A stretch of DNA of 64,000 nucleotides from Archangium sp. (GTDB taxonomy: Bacteria > Myxococcota > Myxococcia > Myxococcales > Myxococcaceae), in contig JAYVFP010000261.1 in NCBI GenBank assembly GCA_043773025.1, positions 1-64,000 of the forward strand, given 5' to 3'. The notes under the pieces are model-generated. The model was not told the DNA's origin. It did no database searches and saw nothing but the letters and a program-made list of their open reading frames with translations. This document shows, one piece after another, positions 38,685 to 47,119 of this stretch. The position numbers and the translations under genes were made by a program. Each line of letters opens with the position of its first letter. The first letter of the stretch is position 1.

Positions 38685-39532
38685 ACAAGACGATGCCTCG
38701 TTGGAAGCTGTTCGCGCTTCACGCCGGGCTCTCGCTGACGTGCGCGGTGACGCTCTACCCGGTGCTCTGGGTGGTGAAGCTCGCCTTGTCGCCCACGCAG
38801 ACGCTCTCGATGAGCGCGAACCCCTTTCCTGAAGCGGTCACGCTCGATCACTTTCGCGACGTGCTCGGTTCGACCGATGCGCAAGGCCGGTGGTTGTTCG
38901 GCCGGCAGCTGCTCTCGAGCATCGTGGTGAGCGCGGCGACCACGCTGGTGGGCCTCACCCTCGCCGTCACCGCCGCCTACTCGCTCTCGCGGTTCCGCTT
39001 TCCGGGCAAACAGTCGGGCATGCAGTTGCTGCTGATCACCCAGATGTTCCCCGCCACGCTGATGCTGGTGCCGCTCTATTCAATTCTGCAGACCCTGGGC
39101 CTGCTCGACTCGATCGGCGGCCTGGTGCTCGTGTACGCCACGTCTTCGCTGCCGTTCTGCGTGTGGATGCTCAAGGGCTACTTCGACACCATCCCCCGTG
39201 AGCTGGAGGAAGCCGCCATCATGGACGGCGCGTCACCCAGCCAGGTGTTCATCAAGATCGTGCTCCCGCTGGCCCGGCCTGCGCTCGCGGTGACCGCCTT
39301 GTTCAGCTTCATGCAGGCGTGGAACGAGTTCATTCTCGCTGCGACCTTGCTCAACGACACGGCGCGCTTCACCCTGCCGGTCGCGCTGCAGCGCTACGTG
39401 GGTGAGTACAAGACCGAGTGGGGTCACTTCGCCGCGGGTGCGCTGATCATCTCGGCGCCGGTGATGGCGCTGTTCTTCGCGCTGCAGAAGTTCCTGGTCG
39501 GAGGCCTCACCGCTGGCGCCGTGAAGGGCTGA
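38681..39532 (+). CDS. malG: ABC sugar permease MalG-like
   Basis: 283 aa, 6 TM helices, EAA motif (EEAAIMDGASPSQVFIKIVLP). GTGA overlap with the upstream gene. Confidence 0.85.
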   Translation: MNKTMPRWKLFALHAGLSLTCAVTLYPVLWVVKLALSPTQTLSMSANPFPEAVTLDHFRDVLGSTDAQGRWLFGRQLLSSIVVSAATTLVGLTLAVTAAYSLSRFRFPGKQSGMQLLLITQMFPATLMLVPLYSILQTLGLLDSIGGLVLVYATSSLPFCVWMLKGYFDTIPRELEEAAIMDGASPSQVFIKIVLPLARPALAVTALFSFMQAWNEFILAATLLNDTARFTLPVALQRYVGEYKTEWGHFAAGALIISAPVMALFFALQKFLVGGLTAGAVKG

Positions 39533-39535
39533 GCC

Positions 39536-40048
39536 GTGGCGCCTTCACAGCGTTGGTTCGTCGGCAAAGTCCCACTCATCTCGAGCGTCGCGTGTCTGCT
39601 CGCGGGCGCGCTCGCGTACCAGCTGCTTTCGAATCAGTTCTACGTCGGTGAAGGCGCCCTCTTCGCGACGTACCTCCGCAGTGAGTCGAACCCCGCCCAG
39701 TGGAGTCGCGTGATGACGTGGCAGTTCCCCATGCTCCTCGCGCGTGGCGTGTTGATCGCGCTTTCTCTCGTGCCGTTTCACGAAACACTGTGTTCCTTCG
39801 GGCGGCCCAAGCGGGTCTTCCCGCTGTTCATGCTCTTCTTCGTATTGCTGCACCTGGCCGCGGCGGCACCGAGCCCGAGCAACCTCGAGGGAATCGACTA
39901 CATGCGGCCGGAGCTGATAGGCGTGGTCCCATTTCTGCTCACCCAACCCGAGATGATCGCGCAGAGCCTGCTCTGCGCCCTGGGCGTTGGCCTGGGGGCG
40001 TGCCGAAAGCCTTCCGAAAAAGAAGGCGTGCTAAACCCCAACCCGTGA
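39536..40048 (+). CDS. small integral membrane protein (hypothetical)
   Basis: 170 aa, about 4 predicted TM helices. Directly follows malG. No recognisable motif. Confidence 0.4.
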   Translation: MAPSQRWFVGKVPLISSVACLLAGALAYQLLSNQFYVGEGALFATYLRSESNPAQWSRVMTWQFPMLLARGVLIALSLVPFHETLCSFGRPKRVFPLFMLFFVLLHLAAAAPSPSNLEGIDYMRPELIGVVPFLLTQPEMIAQSLLCALGVGLGACRKPSEKEGVLNPNP

Positions 40049-42708
40049 AACGGATCCTCGCGCCCGCTCTGGTCGTTGTGCTCGCTGCTTGCCCTGAACC
40101 GATGCCGATGCCGATGCCCGACGGGGGAATCAGCCCGGCCCCGATCGTGACGTCGGTCTCGCCGTCCACCGGCCCCCTCGCGGGTGGCGTCATCATCACG
40201 ATCAACGGCAACAACTTCGTCAGCGGCGCGGCCGTGAGCGTGGGAGCCAATGCCGCGACCAGCGTCACCTTCGAGAACGACCGCCGCCTCACTGCCATCA
40301 CACCGGCAAACTCTGTCACGGGTCCAGTCTCCGTGAAGGTGACCAACCCGGATGGCCGCTCGAGCACGCTTGCCGCTGCGTACACGTTCACCGCCGTCGA
40401 CGCCCCGACGATCGTGGACGCCATTCTCGAGAACCCCGCCGACACCACGAACACCAGCGGCGCACCCACGGTGAACGTCCAGGTCGTTGCGCGGGCGGAA
40501 GTAGGTGGCGACCGAACCAGGGTTCGTGCCCAGGTCGGGTTCACGACCACGATCAGAGGCACTCCGGCGAGCACGGACTTCACGTGGACGGATGCCGTCT
40601 TCCAGGAAGCGACCAGCACCTCTGCAGGATCCGTCTCACTTCCGGGCGCAACCACGACCAATCTCATCTATTTCGTGACGGCCCGATTCTCGGGCGACGA
40701 TGGCGTGACGTGGACGCTCGCCGACCGCGATGGCTCGGAGAACGGTGTGCTCGCCGTCGAACTCGCGCGCGTCACGCTGACGCCCGCATCGGTCGAGTGG
40801 TGCAAGCTCGGCGGCGAGGTGGTCGAAGCGCCGCCTACCGTCTCGCTGCGCGGCCGCGCGATGGGCCCCCTCGTCTACGGCCAGGTCTTCAAGACCGCGG
40901 TCACTTCACAGACCGGTGCAGGCACGGGAATCAAAGGCGCGCTCGGCTACGGCCTGGCCGGCACCGACCCCGCCACGTGGACGTGGGTCGCCGCCACCTT
41001 CAACACCGACACGGGCGGCGGTCAGAACGACGAGTTTCAGGCGCAGCTCCCCAACCCGGGCGACGGCACGAACAAATTCGCGTTCCGTTTCAATCACGCC
41101 GATGGGCCCTGGTCGTATTGCGACGCCGACGGGCTCACCACCAACGGGTTCACGCAAGCGCAGGCCGGCACGTTGACGGTGCAGCCGATCGGTGTCGACT
41201 CCTGTGTGCTGCAGTTTCCCCCCGCGTTCACCAGCTACGAGGGCCGGCAAAGTGACTTCGTGTATGGCCGCGTGTTCGTGGCGGGCCTCACAGAAGCAAA
41301 CGGGGCGGCAGCCGGCATCGAAGGCGAGCTGGGCTACGGCGCGTCGAGCACGCCTCCGACCGACGCTTCGTGGAGCTGGTCTGCCGGCGCCTTCAACCTC
41401 GACGTCACCGGCGGCGGCGAGGAATACCAGGCGCGTCTGACGGGTCCCGCTCCGGGCACCTGGGCGTACGCCTACCGCTTCAGGGTCTCCGGTGGCCCGT
41501 GGACGTACTGCGACAAGACGGGCTCGGCCGATGGGCTGCAGCAGAGCGAGCTGGGTGCGTTGACCGCCGCGCCCTTCGACGTGGCCAACTGCGTGCTGGA
41601 GAACACCAACGCGTTGCAGACGGTGCTGCCGAACGCGGTGAGCCAGCCGTACACCGTGTCGATCACCGTGCCGACGCTCACCGAGGCCATGGGTCAGGGC
41701 ACGCCGCTCGCCGTTCAGCTCGGCTCGGGCGCACCCGGCAGCGCGCCCTCCACGTGGACCAACTGGACTGCCGCGACGTACACGAGCGACGTGATGGCGT
41801 CCGATCGCTACTCCGCCACGCTGACCGCACCTTCGAGCACCGGCTCATCCGTGGTCGCGTATCGCGTGCAGGTCGGCGCACGCCCCCCCGTGTACTGCGA
41901 TCTCGACGGCTCGCAGAACGGCTTCCAGCAGGCGCAGGCCGGCCGGCTCGCGGTGTCCAACGCACTCATTCAGTCGTGCCGACTCGGCACCGTGTCCGGC
42001 TCGCCGGTCGCGAGCGGTTCGTCGCTCACGGTCACGGCGCGCACCTTGGTCCCCGGCGTGTCCGGCAGCGCGGGCCCGTCACCCAACCTGCGCATGCAGA
42101 TCGGTAGCGGCCCGGTGAGCGTCAACGCCTCGACCAGTTCGTTGTGGGGCTGGAAAGAAGCGGCCTTCTCCGCCGACGTCGCGGGCGATGACGAGTTCAC
42201 CCTCACCGCGTACCCTGCGTACACCGGCGGCCGCGCCATCTCCGCGCGCGCATCACTCGACGGCGTCATCTGGACCTACTGCGATCTGAACGGTTCGGAT
42301 GTCGGCGGCTACGAGGTGAGCCAGCAGTACGACGTGACCGTCACGAACCACACCGAGTTCCGGTTCTGCAACACGCAGTTCCCCGCCACGGCGGACGGTG
42401 GCTCGATCATCTACGGCCAAATCGAGTCACCCGGGCTGACCCCGAACGCGGCAACGCCGTTCATCGCGCAGCTGGGCATCGGCAGGGAGGCGGAAGATCC
42501 GGGCTTCGGGTGGAAGTGGCAGCCGGCGACCTTCAACGTGCTCTCCGGCAACAACAACGAATACCAGAGCACACTGCCCACCGATGGCGGCATCGGGTTG
42601 CGCTACGCCTTCCGCTACAGCCTCGATGCCGGAGTCTGGTGCTACGGCGACCTGAACGGCTCGCAGGACGGCTTCTCGGGCGGTAGCAACATCGGCCTCA
42701 TCGACTAA
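40045..42708 (+). CDS. cell-surface lipoprotein: IPT/TIG domain followed by six ~110-aa repeats with conserved W.W..A.F...EY...L...Y.FRF..G.W.YCD.DGS.NGF
   Basis: GTG start overlapping the upstream stop. Lipobox LAAC. TIG-like block IVTSVSPSTGPLAGGVIITINGNNF. Six internal repeats are visible by eye. The ORF track extends further 5' to 39700. Confidence 0.6.
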   Translation: MKRILAPALVVVLAACPEPMPMPMPDGGISPAPIVTSVSPSTGPLAGGVIITINGNNFVSGAAVSVGANAATSVTFENDRRLTAITPANSVTGPVSVKVTNPDGRSSTLAAAYTFTAVDAPTIVDAILENPADTTNTSGAPTVNVQVVARAEVGGDRTRVRAQVGFTTTIRGTPASTDFTWTDAVFQEATSTSAGSVSLPGATTTNLIYFVTARFSGDDGVTWTLADRDGSENGVLAVELARVTLTPASVEWCKLGGEVVEAPPTVSLRGRAMGPLVYGQVFKTAVTSQTGAGTGIKGALGYGLAGTDPATWTWVAATFNTDTGGGQNDEFQAQLPNPGDGTNKFAFRFNHADGPWSYCDADGLTTNGFTQAQAGTLTVQPIGVDSCVLQFPPAFTSYEGRQSDFVYGRVFVAGLTEANGAAAGIEGELGYGASSTPPTDASWSWSAGAFNLDVTGGGEEYQARLTGPAPGTWAYAYRFRVSGGPWTYCDKTGSADGLQQSELGALTAAPFDVANCVLENTNALQTVLPNAVSQPYTVSITVPTLTEAMGQGTPLAVQLGSGAPGSAPSTWTNWTAATYTSDVMASDRYSATLTAPSSTGSSVVAYRVQVGARPPVYCDLDGSQNGFQQAQAGRLAVSNALIQSCRLGTVSGSPVASGSSLTVTARTLVPGVSGSAGPSPNLRMQIGSGPVSVNASTSSLWGWKEAAFSADVAGDDEFTLTAYPAYTGGRAISARASLDGVIWTYCDLNGSDVGGYEVSQQYDVTVTNHTEFRFCNTQFPATADGGSIIYGQIESPGLTPNAATPFIAQLGIGREAEDPGFGWKWQPATFNVLSGNNNEYQSTLPTDGGIGLRYAFRYSLDAGVWCYGDLNGSQDGFSGGSNIGLID

Positions 42709-42752
42709 GCACCTGACGACAGTGAAGCTGATCGGTTGGCTGCGTTCACACC

Positions 42753-42960
42753 GGTCATCCCGAGAGGGTCGGCGGAAAGAGGAATCGGGTTCCATCACCG
42801 GTCTCCCCGAGAGGGTTGACGGAAATAGGAATCGGGTTCCGTCACCGGTCTCCCCGAGAGGGTTGACGGAAATAGGAATCGGGTTCCGTCACCGGTCTCC
42901 CCGAGCCCAGTCGAGGGGGCACTTCCGCATCGCGCAACAGTGGCATCTCGACTGCGCTCG
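42753..42960 (-). repeat. dispersed repeat copy in inverted orientation: three tandem 47-bp T modules plus S-like modules
   Basis: GGCGGAAA(G/T)AGGAATCGGGTTCC(A/G)TCACCGGTCTCCCCGAGAGGGTT, three times, then CCCAGTCGAGGGGGCACT. Begins 45 bp after the stop of the TIG-repeat gene. Confidence 0.8.
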
Positions 42961-43127
42961 ATGCGAACGGTGTGGGCTGTTCCTTTGGAGCGGTGAGCGG
43001 TTCTCGATCGGTCAGAATCACTGTGGCGAAGTACGAGCGGAACTGATCGGGCGTCGACACGCCGTGCTCACGCTCCTCTCGCTGGTCCTGGCATCGGTGA
43101 AGATGCCGACGCCTGTGAATCACTTCG

Positions 43128-44579
43128 TCAGTGCTCAGCGGCCCCGGCGATGACGACCTTCCCGTCGGCCTGCACCACCACCCAGCGCGCAGCCTCTTCC
43201 GTGCCGCCCGCTTCGGTGACGTTGATGATCACGATGCCGCCGGTGCCGAAGGTCGTGTCGAGCGAGCCGTCGGTGTTGAAGCGGGCCGCGGCGAACTTAT
43301 TGTCAGAGCCTTCTCGCACGAAGCCGGCGCCGATGATTTTGTTGCCATCCCACGCAACGCCGAAGAAACGATCGTGCGCGCCGGTGGAGAGCGGCACGGC
43401 CTGGGCGAACTCCGCAGGACCACCCGAGGAGATCGGCAGCACCAGCAGCAGCGCGTCGTCGTTCTCGGCCGCGGTGTTTGCAGGGCCGGTGCGGTATCCA
43501 ACCGCGCAGAGCGCCATGCCGCCGGGGCCGACCGCTGCGCCGAAGAAGGCCTCTTCGTTGCGACCGAACGACCAGGTCTTGTAGCCGTCAGCCGCAAAGG
43601 TGGCGTCGGCCGCCCCTGCCGAGGTGAGCACCGTCACCATGGCGTCGACGTTGCCAGTCAGAGGCGTGCCGCTGCCCACCGAGACGATGCGATCGTCTGC
43701 CAGCGCGAGCACGTGACGGCCACGCTCATCACCGCCGACGAGGTTGAGGATGAAGGAGCCGTTGCTCCCCCAGGTCGCGTCTTCCGCGCCCGTCTCGAGG
43801 TAGCGGAAGCTCACCAGGTCGACCGGGCCGCTCGCGGCAACACGGCCGTAGCCCGAGGTCACGTACTTGCCGGTCGACTGGCGCGCCACACCGTACGCCT
43901 CGGCCATGCCCCACGGCATCGACGGCGCGGCGTTGGCAAACTTGGCCACGCCCACCACACCCGCGTCGCCGAAGGTCGAATCTGCGGCGCCCGTGGAATC
44001 GAGGCGAAACAAGACGGGCCGATTGGCCGTCTGAATGCCGCCATCGCTGAGCATGACTCCGGTCGGGACAGAGGCGTAGCTCGAGATGACGATCTTGCCG
44101 TCGGCCTGAACGAAGCCATGCTTGATGGTGTCGTTCCGATTCGCGAAGTCGAGCCGCTGCACGCCACCGGTGGCGAAGGTTCCGTCAAGTGCACCGCTGG
44201 TGGTGAGCCGTGCCGCAAAACCATCGGTGTCGGTGCGGCCAATCGCCTTGGTGGACCCGAAGAGCACCATGCGCCCCGCGCTGTCCTTGTCGAACCCCCA
44301 GACCGAGTCGCGCGCGCCCCCCGTGGCCTCGCCAAAGTCGATACGCGTGATGCCCCCGTCACCGAAAGTCGTGTCGGGCGTGCCGTTGCTGTTGAGCCGC
44401 ACCACCACCACGTCGAGGTCGCGAGGCGTCGTGCCCGCATCGCCGCCCCCACCGCCCCCGGTCGCACCGCCACCTGCGCCCCCGCCTACTTCTCCGCCGC
44501 CCCCGGTGTTGCCACCGCCCATGCCTCCATCAGTCGTCGGCAACTGAGGGCAACCCATCAACATCATTGAAACCGTCAT
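43128..44579 (-). CDS. delta-60 repeat (beta-propeller) lipoprotein
   Basis: Repeated 'TFG.(D/G)G' ~60-aa units. Lipobox MLMGCP. Gly-rich linker. Start at the internal ATG. Confidence 0.65.
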   Translation of the reverse strand: MTVSMMLMGCPQLPTTDGGMGGGNTGGGGEVGGGAGGGATGGGGGGDAGTTPRDLDVVVVRLNSNGTPDTTFGDGGITRIDFGEATGGARDSVWGFDKDSAGRMVLFGSTKAIGRTDTDGFAARLTTSGALDGTFATGGVQRLDFANRNDTIKHGFVQADGKIVISSYASVPTGVMLSDGGIQTANRPVLFRLDSTGAADSTFGDAGVVGVAKFANAAPSMPWGMAEAYGVARQSTGKYVTSGYGRVAASGPVDLVSFRYLETGAEDATWGSNGSFILNLVGGDERGRHVLALADDRIVSVGSGTPLTGNVDAMVTVLTSAGAADATFAADGYKTWSFGRNEEAFFGAAVGPGGMALCAVGYRTGPANTAAENDDALLLVLPISSGGPAEFAQAVPLSTGAHDRFFGVAWDGNKIIGAGFVREGSDNKFAAARFNTDGSLDTTFGTGGIVIINVTEAGGTEEAARWVVVQADGKVVIAGAAEH

Positions 44580-44652
44580 CCCCGCGAGCAGGCCATTCAA
44601 ACCGAGTTTCACGTCGTTCTCCCTTGAGCCCGGAACCAAGCTCCCGTAGCGT

Positions 44653-45810
44653 ATGTTGATAATGACAATCAAAATCATGTGCGCTTCTGCCCGTCAAGGG
44701 CTGTCTGCGATCGCGCTCGTGTTCGCACTCGGCTGCCCCACGCCCAAACCTCCGCAAGACGCAGGCCCTGTGCTGCTAGAAGACGGAGGCCTCGCGGTCA
44801 CGCGTGCCGACTTTTTGAGCGCCGCAGGGGCCTGCTCACTTCAAGCGGTGACGAAGTTCCGCGCCGAGATCGACGCGCTGAACGCCGCACCGACCAGGGA
44901 CAATTGGAAGCGGGCGATGAAGGCGTGGCAGCGCGTCGAGTTGATGCAATTCGGGCCGACCGGAAGCTCGACGACCCCCGGCGGAATGGATCTGCGCGAT
45001 CAGGTCTATTCGTGGCCGTTGATCAGCCGCTGCTCCATCGAAGACGTGCTGGTGAGCAAGAGGTATGAGACGGGCGTGGGTTCGCTGCTGGTCAACCGCC
45101 GCGGCCTGGGCGCGCTCGAGTACCTGCTCTTTCACGAAGGCGACGACGTCATCTGCTCAACCGCGGGCTGGGTTGCGCTGACGCCCACCGAGCGCACCGC
45201 GCAGAAGCAGGCCTACGGCGCTGCGGTGAGCGCCGACTTGAAGGTGCACGCCGACGCGCTGGTGACTGCGTGGGAAGGCGGCTTCGTGGAGACCCTGCGA
45301 ACCGCGGGCCCGGGCAACACGACGTACATGTCGACCGGCGCTGCGATGAATCAGGTGAGCAACGGGCTCTTCTACATCGAGCGCGTGGTGAAGGACGCCA
45401 AGCTGGCGCCGCCCATCGGCCTGCGCGACTGCGCCGTTCCGCCCTGCCTCGACCTGCTCGAATCGCAGTACGCGAGCCACAACATCGAAAACCTGCGCGC
45501 GAATCTCGCCGGCCTGCGGCAGCTGCTCGAGGGGTGCGAGCCCGGCTACACCGGCATCGGCTTCGATGATCTGCTGCTCGGGGCGCGCGCTTCGTCGTTG
45601 GTCGATCGGCTGCACGAACGGGTGCTCGCGGCCGAAGCGGCGCTGGGGGCCATCGAGGAGCCGGATCTGAAGGAAGCGTTGATGACCGACCCTGCCTCGG
45701 TGCGTGCGTACTACGACGCGCTCAAAGGCATCACCGATCTGCTCAAGAGCGAGTTCGTGACCGTGCTCGACATCGACCTGCCCATGGGTCTCGAAGGCGA
45801 CAATGACTGA
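44653..45810 (+). CDS. imelysin-family lipoprotein (IrpA/peptidase M75-like)
   Basis: 385 aa with lipoprotein signal (ALGCP). Two imelysin-type helical repeat halves. An alternative ATG start lies at 44677. Confidence 0.6.
   Translation: MLIMTIKIMCASARQGLSAIALVFALGCPTPKPPQDAGPVLLEDGGLAVTRADFLSAAGACSLQAVTKFRAEIDALNAAPTRDNWKRAMKAWQRVELMQFGPTGSSTTPGGMDLRDQVYSWPLISRCSIEDVLVSKRYETGVGSLLVNRRGLGALEYLLFHEGDDVICSTAGWVALTPTERTAQKQAYGAAVSADLKVHADALVTAWEGGFVETLRTAGPGNTTYMSTGAAMNQVSNGLFYIERVVKDAKLAPPIGLRDCAVPPCLDLLESQYASHNIENLRANLAGLRQLLEGCEPGYTGIGFDDLLLGARASSLVDRLHERVLAAEAALGAIEEPDLKEALMTDPASVRAYYDALKGITDLLKSEFVTVLDIDLPMGLEGDND
44656..44678. promoter_or_regulatory. Fur-box-like operator (TTGATAATGACAATCAAAATCAT) at the imelysin gene start, in the divergent intergenic region
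   Basis: 15/19 match to the GATAATGATAATCATTATC consensus. Confidence 0.5.
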
Positions 45811-47104
45811 ACGTCGCGATGCCGCAGCGCTCGCCGTCTTCCGCATGGCGTTCGGCGCGCTGGTGGCGATCTCTGCGCTTCGTTTCCTGGCCTATGGCTG
45901 GGTCGACGCCCTCTTCGCGGCGCCTTTCCGGTTTCAGTACTTCGGCTTCGAGTGGGTGCCTTTTGTGGGTGTGGAGGGCGTGCGCGCGATGTTCGTGGCG
46001 TTGGTGTTGCTCGGCGTGATGGTCGCGGCAGGCGCGTTCTACCGGCTGGCCACCGTGTTGCTGTTCATCACCTTCACCTGGGTGCAACTGCTCGACGTCT
46101 CGAACTATCTGAACCACTACTATCTGGTGTCGCTGCTGGCGTTGTTGATGTGCTTCATGCCGCTCCACCGGCTTTGGTCTGTCGACGCGTGGCTGCGCCC
46201 TTCGCTCAGGGCCGAGACCTTGCCAGCGTGGTGCACCTGGCTGCTGCGGTTCCAGGTGGGCACGGTCTACTTCTTCGCGGCCATCGCGAAGTTCAACTCC
46301 GATTGGTTGATCCACGGAGCGCCCCTGCACCTGTGGTTGTCGTCGCGCAGCGCCTGGCTCACCAGCGCCGAGGTGGCGTGGTTCGCCTCGTGGAGCGGCT
46401 TCTTGTTCGATCTCACTGCGCCGTTTCTCCTGTCGTTCAGGCGAACGCGAAAGTTCGCCTACGTGGCGGTGCTGGGCTTTCACCTGACCACCAGCCTGCT
46501 TTTCCCCATCGGCATGTTTCCGTTCATCATGATGCTCTCGACGCTGGTGTTCTTCGACGCCAGCTGGCCTCGGCGCTGGCTGCGAACGACGGCTCCGTCT
46601 GTCGCGGCCGAGCGCACGGCGCGTTGGGTGTTGGTCCCGGTGGCGCTCTGGTGCGTGGTGCAGCTCGCCGTGCCGCTGCGCACCTTCTTCTACGGGGGCG
46701 ATGTCTCGTGGCACGAGCAGGGCATGCGCTTTTCCTGGCGGGTGATGACGCGCGAGAAGAATGGCAGCGTCACCTACGTGGTGCGGCAACGTTCGACCGG
46801 GCGCGAGTGGCACGTGACGCCCAACCAGTACCTGACGCCCGTGCAGGAGCGTGAGCTGTCGGTGCAGCCCGACCTCATCCTCCAGCTTGCCCGGCACATC
46901 GGCGCCGAGTTCCACGCGCGCGGCCTGAAAGACCTCGAGGTGCACGCCGACACGTGGGTCTCGCTCAATGGCCGCCCCGCCGTGCCGCTCATCGATGCCT
47001 CGGTCGACCTGCTTCAGGTGAGCGATGGGCTCGCGTTGGCGCGGTGGATCGCGCCTGCGCCTCAGTCTCGACCGATCGCGCCCGCGTTGTTTACGACCCG
47101 GTAA
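45803..47104 (+). CDS. HTTM-domain (vitamin K-dependent gamma-carboxylase-like) membrane protein
   Basis: AALAVFRMAFGAL...FLAYGW...YYLVSLLALLM.. The N-terminal HTTM signature and multiple TM helices. Overlaps the imelysin stop. Confidence 0.65.
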   Translation: MTERRDAAALAVFRMAFGALVAISALRFLAYGWVDALFAAPFRFQYFGFEWVPFVGVEGVRAMFVALVLLGVMVAAGAFYRLATVLLFITFTWVQLLDVSNYLNHYYLVSLLALLMCFMPLHRLWSVDAWLRPSLRAETLPAWCTWLLRFQVGTVYFFAAIAKFNSDWLIHGAPLHLWLSSRSAWLTSAEVAWFASWSGFLFDLTAPFLLSFRRTRKFAYVAVLGFHLTTSLLFPIGMFPFIMMLSTLVFFDASWPRRWLRTTAPSVAAERTARWVLVPVALWCVVQLAVPLRTFFYGGDVSWHEQGMRFSWRVMTREKNGSVTYVVRQRSTGREWHVTPNQYLTPVQERELSVQPDLILQLARHIGAEFHARGLKDLEVHADTWVSLNGRPAVPLIDASVDLLQVSDGLALARWIAPAPQSRPIAPALFTTR

Positions 47105-47119
47105 CTCCTGACCAAGCGG

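Noticed and set aside
42770-42904. Possible CRISPR array (regular 47-bp repeats)
   Set aside because: The repeats are contiguous with no unique spacers. There are only 3 copies and no cas genes in the window. The same unit occurs singly at other loci. I interpret it as a tandemly amplified MITE-like module.
43131-44570. 479-aa plus-strand ORF
   Set aside because: It is antisense to the delta-60 repeat lipoprotein gene.
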